Shown here piece after piece: positions 59,095-64,000 of a stretch of DNA of 64,000 nt (its first letter is position 1; each line of letters begins with the position of its first letter). The position numbers and the translations under genes are program-made. Below the pieces are notes generated by a model. It ran no database searches. It was given only the letters and a program-made list of their open reading frames with translations, and was not told where the DNA came from. Origin of the DNA: Tubiluchus corallicola (Eukaryota; Animalia; Priapulida); the NCBI GenBank assembly GCA_030141605.1, contig JAQGDQ010000311.1, forward strand, positions 62,001-126,000, read 5' to 3'.

Positions 59095-59119
59095 ATCATC
59101 ATTGACGCTGTCATCATCG

Positions 59120-59180
<61 letters not shown>
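59095..59180. repeat. (ATC)n microsatellite
   Basis: Directly visible. Confidence 0.95.
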
Positions 59181-61303
59181 TAGAATCAACTCTCGTGCAA
59201 CAACATAAAAGCAGGAAATGTTTTTGTAACATATAAGGTAACATACATAACAAGTAACATAAAAGACTTCCTAAATTTTGACAAGATTATCATTTCACTT
59301 ATTTGAACTATAGTAGCCAAAGCATTTGACGATCGTCCAAGAATCTATTCCCCTAAAAAATTTCTTTTATAATATAAGTAGTTTTGAGTGAAACTGATGG
59401 TCATTACATCCACAGATTCAAGACTGCAACATGTGATGAAATTAAACATTTAATTTCCGACTTTAATGATTATATCACTCCTGCGCCGGAATTAATGAAT
59501 TCCAATCCTGCTTAATTGCACGGAGCCTTTATTTGCGCTGTAATTAAATGTGTTGCGTAGTGCTGGAATAAAAGTCACTTTAACTAACGCAAAGTTTAGT
59601 AGGGAAGCAGTGGAAACGTAAGAGCTGGCGGCAATAAATCGCACTGAATTAAAACCTCAGTGCAGTTTGAAATGCTGATGGGATAGACAAAATGACAAGT
59701 TAATTTAAACTTATAGCCTTTGTAAAACTTTGCTCAAGTTACGGCTGCAACAGACGTGTAAGTTTTTATTCTCCACTTGACATTTTCACGCGCGAGTTTG
59801 TGCACGAAGAGAAAAAGAGATGAAGCAATCATCACCTGCAAGCTAATAGCTGCAGCGTTCGCTACCTTGACAGCAAAATAAAGCAGCTCAGTAATTTACC
59901 TGTGACATCTGAGCAGATATTTGCCAGAAAGCTGGATAACTTTTGCAGAGGATGAGAGCATTTGAAAGGCATTCAGGAAATTTAGCGGCTTAGATAACGT
60001 AAGGATGCGCAGCAGAAAATCTAAATAAACTTGATAGATGCAGACTTTTGTGATTTTTTTGACCATTTTGTACGTTTTTATGTCATAATATTACATTTTA
60101 TATAACTTTATTACGTTTATATTTTCGTGAAATAATGTTATTTTCACAGTGTAGTGAATTGCATTTGTCCTGGGATCATAGGAAGGTCAAACATGGATAG
60201 CAATATAAGTCTCTCAAAACAATATGGAAGCAAATGTCAAAGTCGGGTCCATGAAGGATAAATTACTCAAAACTTGGAATCAGTAAAACATTTTACGTGA
60301 AGAGTGAAAAAGATTGACACTTTCTCGGTGTATGAACAATGCGACACAAAGAAAGAAAATTGCTTTGAACTAGTGACGATATACCTCTTACCAAATTGTC
60401 AAAACTGAAAATGTAAAATAAAAACTGTTTTACTATTACTCCAGTGGTATTTTTACTACAAACACAAAATCTGCAAACAATAAACTTGTGGTGACGTAAA
60501 TATTTATGAGCAAGCGACAGCCATGAACTTGAGAAAACGGTGTGTCGGTGAAATGAATAGAATACCATAATTCTTCCTCCTCATTTATTTAATGGTTTGC
60601 ATCTGCTCAAGTTAAAAGGAATCGTCTGTTATTTGTCAAGTAATTGTAGCTAGACTTTACACACACGTCAAGGATTACACACCAGTATCAACTTGACAAA
60701 AGCTTACTGACGTAAATCAACAAGATTCGATGAATTCGATCACACACTTCTTCTTACCACTAATTTATCAACGTCATCAGAACTGTGTCGTCTTCAAAAC
60801 ACTAGAGAACAAAGCAGGCTTAATAGGATAAGAAAACCAGAGAAGCCAGTCAAGATGTGTATATCATTTGAGAACTTCTAACGAAGAAGCTCAAGTAGCA
60901 ACACCCGGGAGAAAAGATGCTGTCAGGTAACAGAAAAAACCCCAGAAATGGAATCAAATGAGGATAAATGAGATAAGAAACTCATTCACGGTGTAATAAG
61001 GATGTCATTTCATCGGCTGTTGAGTGGTGAACCAAGCAATTATCTATTCCATTCTACAACTAAATCATCTCTGCTGGCCTAGAATGAAATCTTATTTTTG
61101 AGAAATATTTTTATGATGAAATAGTCTGCTTTCCAGCAGAGTTATGAAGCCATGTATTCAGACCAGCAAGGGATTCTACTGAACTAAAGCTTCACTGCAC
61201 TCAATTCAGTTACTCGAGGCAGTTTAATTACTTCACCATTTTTCAGTTTTCTCCTATTTGAATATTGCTTGCATCTTAAACTTTTGGGCGCCATTGAAGA
61301 TCA

Positions 61304-61467
61304 TCATCATCATCATCATCATACGCCCGTCACGTCTATTGTAGACATTGGGCAGGCAGAATTCTAAAGTAAAAAAAAATCTGCCTTCAGACATGTAAAC
61401 GCAGCAGTAATCCAGCAAAAAAACTAGACACTGCTACGCCAATGGCTTGTCAGCACCACTTCCGTTC
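61304..61467 (-). mobile_element. Short retroposed insert with (TGA)n tail, flanked by 43-bp direct repeats
   Basis: Minus-strand 3' end GCCCAATGTCTACAATAGACGTGACGGGCGTATGATGATGATG (stem-loop plus microsatellite tail). Flanking repeats at 61261-61303 and 61468-61510. Confidence 0.6.
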
Positions 61468-63416
61468 AATATCGCTTGCATCTTAAACTTTTGGGCGCCA
61501 TTGAAGATCAAGCAAAAAGAAATGTATAAACATGTTGGTTATCTTCGATTTTTGCATTTTAATCCTCTTTATGTACAAAATTTAAACTGTGTGCATTTAT
61601 ATGTTTTGTAATCAATTATTTCACCATTGTTTTGTGAGCTCAATGATCCTTTAACCATTTGTTAACTATGTCCTCTATGACAAATACACCTTTACTATAT
61701 AGTCTCAATGCTAATCAGTGTGGTAAACTAAAACATACTTAGTACACAAATTGTGTAGACCTAAGTAATTTTGTGCCAGGGTTAATATTTTTAGCGAACA
61801 TTTCATTAGGTCCATGAAGGCATAATTTTGGTGCACTGTCATGTTTGCAAACCTGTACAAGTTACCGAAAATTTGTTGAAAATTTCCTAATAAAAACAAG
61901 CTTTAAGATTTGATTAAAAGCCCGTAACGTCTGCTGAAAAACTGGCACAAGATTAAAAGTTTCTTACAAAAGGTAATAATGCTATTACAAATTTCACAGT
62001 CATTGCTGCTAAGTAATTGTACATAGTCTTATACTCTGTTAAAACTGAATCAATTTGGACAACAAAAAATTCCAATTTGTGACACTTGATGACAAGTAAC
62101 TGTCAACATGTTTGCAAGTTAAAATCACTATTATTGGATCTTAAAGGTTTAAAACAGACTAAAACCACAAATGATGCTAAAATCAAAGTGTTTTTCAATT
62201 TACAAATGTTCATCACAATTCAAACTTTTAGGATTTTTGTAAATATTAACCTGACACTATAACATGGTAGTTTTTTTTTACATCAAAGTGACATAACTCA
62301 GAATGTTGTTTATTTTTGATAACAGATTTACTTTTCACAGAAATTAAGATTAACTGTTAAAGTAGGTAATATCTGCACTTCTTTGTCACTCCAGTGTTTT
62401 CAAATGTTTTGAATGAAAGAAGTGCAGTAGAGTTGTGCAAACTTATTAATGTTAATCGCATCAGCTATACAGCAGAGCATTGCTACACTTCAAGCAAGCA
62501 GTTGGTTACAAAGTCCAGTTATTCTTGCAGTGCTACTCTGGGGCAAACAACTTCAGCATGAATCTTTAGAATTCTTTCCAGGTCAGGAATAGGTCGGCAG
62601 TACCTATAAACGTGGCTTCTCTCCTGAGAGAGCCTGTTAAACAGAAGCAGCTAACTGCCAAGGTTTGCAATAAGCTGGTCTATAGTTAACAATGGTAATT
62701 CCATTCTTATGGACAAGTGGCTTAGTAATACAGCCATTATAAAGGCGCGTAATTACATTAACTCACGTAATAATAGTCCAGGGAACAAACACGTGTATTA
62801 CTTATGCGCCTAATCAGTCTCATGCAGGCTAACGAAAAGCCATTAAAAGTAATGTACTTCCATTTTGTCTTGTCTTAGTCTCCGAATTTGCAAGAAGCTT
62901 AGCTGAAAATGGCAGCATAATGTGATCGTTATGCCTTAAACCAAGCCTCACGCTTAACGGTCCAAATCACAATTACGTAAGCACCTTAATGCATGATAAT
63001 AAAATGTTTAAAATCAATAATCGGAAATGCCACTTCTCAGGTAGTACGTTTACACGCATAATCATCTAGAAGAGGCAGTTTAATGATAAAAAAGCAATGC
63101 TAAAGCAATATACTAATGCAGTAAAAATGCACCACTTCTCAAAATCCATTTTTGACAATTTGTGTGATGTTTTTTGGATCAAGGCGTTTGGAGTGAACTG
63201 AAACCTGCAGATATTCTACAATTAAGTGGTGTGATTGTGTACTGGATGAAACAAACAGCAGGTATTTCAATGGCCAGTATTTTATTAACGTGTTCCGTTA
63301 ACAACATTAAACCTTGCACCGAGCTTCTTAATGCAAGAAAATACTGACATCTTTGCATGTATTCGAAATAAAACTTCGCAGTAGTTGCTAGTTGTTACAC
63401 TTCTAATACTGCAGAT

Positions 63417-63642
63417 CATCGCTCCGCTTTCCTTTGGACTACACCAGGGAGGAAGAGAGGTGGTTCCTGTTGTCTGGGCAACTCAGGATCTCTATACACC
63501 TTGCCCAGGCGTGCAGCACCCTGGAGACGTTCAAGGATCGCACTGCTCAGCCACACGCTGCAGCTCCATCAATGTGATCAATAACTGACTCTCTTGGCGC
63601 ACACTCCATTGTCTTCCGAGACAGAAGGATGCCAACAACAAC
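63417..63642 (+). mobile_element. 5'-truncated copy of the 5S/RTE SINE with (CAA)n tail and TSD
   Basis: Body matches ~49778-49995 and ends GGATGCCAACAACAAC. TSD AATACTGCAGAT (63405-63416) / AATATTGCAGAT (63643-63654). Confidence 0.9.
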
Positions 63643-64000
63643 AATATTGCAGATTCTGATTAATCAATGATAGTTGTTCTCCTGAAACTGTTGCTCAACA
63701 AAACATGTGAAGAGGAGGCAGGTTACGTGCCAGACTACTTAATTCCAACTATTTTTGATGTTTGTCCAAGAATATGGAATCAAACATGAGATGCATTTGT
63801 GACTTATTCGCTTTTGCTGTCAAGCAATTAAAAGCAGTCAGCAGTTGTTTGTAACACGTTATTGAACACGTAACGCTTTATTTTTTTAACTGTTTCAACA
63901 ATTATTTTGTTTTTGCCAATTTCTCAATGGGTGAAGGTTTGGAGCAGAGGCAGAAGACAACAAAAATAAGTAAAATAGTGCAATAATTTACAGTCTATAT

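Noticed and set aside
57702-64000. Upstream coding exons of the NDRG-like gene
   Set aside because: No exon encoding the expected LTxHD.G.N motif with a phase-1 donor was found; the region is treated as a long intron.

Overview
AT-rich, intron-rich animal genomic DNA. The 5S sequence and gene types suggest a lophotrochozoan invertebrate, but the species cannot be named from the sequence alone. Four spliced genes were reconstructed exon by exon: the 3' part of Slit (+, 725-5521), a complete ZCCHC4 rRNA m6A methyltransferase (-, 7577-18247), a complete C2orf42 homolog (+, 20615-32795, head-to-head with ZCCHC4), and the 3' part of an NDRG-family/ZK1073.1-like alpha/beta-hydrolase pseudoenzyme (-, 38545-57701, 5' exons not found in the window). 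Introns are full of MITEs (TTAA/Kolobok-like, TA/pogo-like, one CAGGG element with a 6-bp TSD), LINE 3' fragments and many different minisatellites. Main points of interest: (i) five copies of a retroposon with a full-length 5S rRNA head fused to a bipartite RTE-like body and (CAA)n tail; (ii) an in-frame 135-nt candidate cassette exon inserting a hydrophobic Cys-containing segment into the NDRG-like protein; (iii) a basic 39-nt Slit microexon between the last EGF and the cystine knot; (iv) inverted MITE copies bracketing ZCCHC4 exons. Most ORF-track entries are spurious or repeat-derived. All alignments and translations were done by eye.
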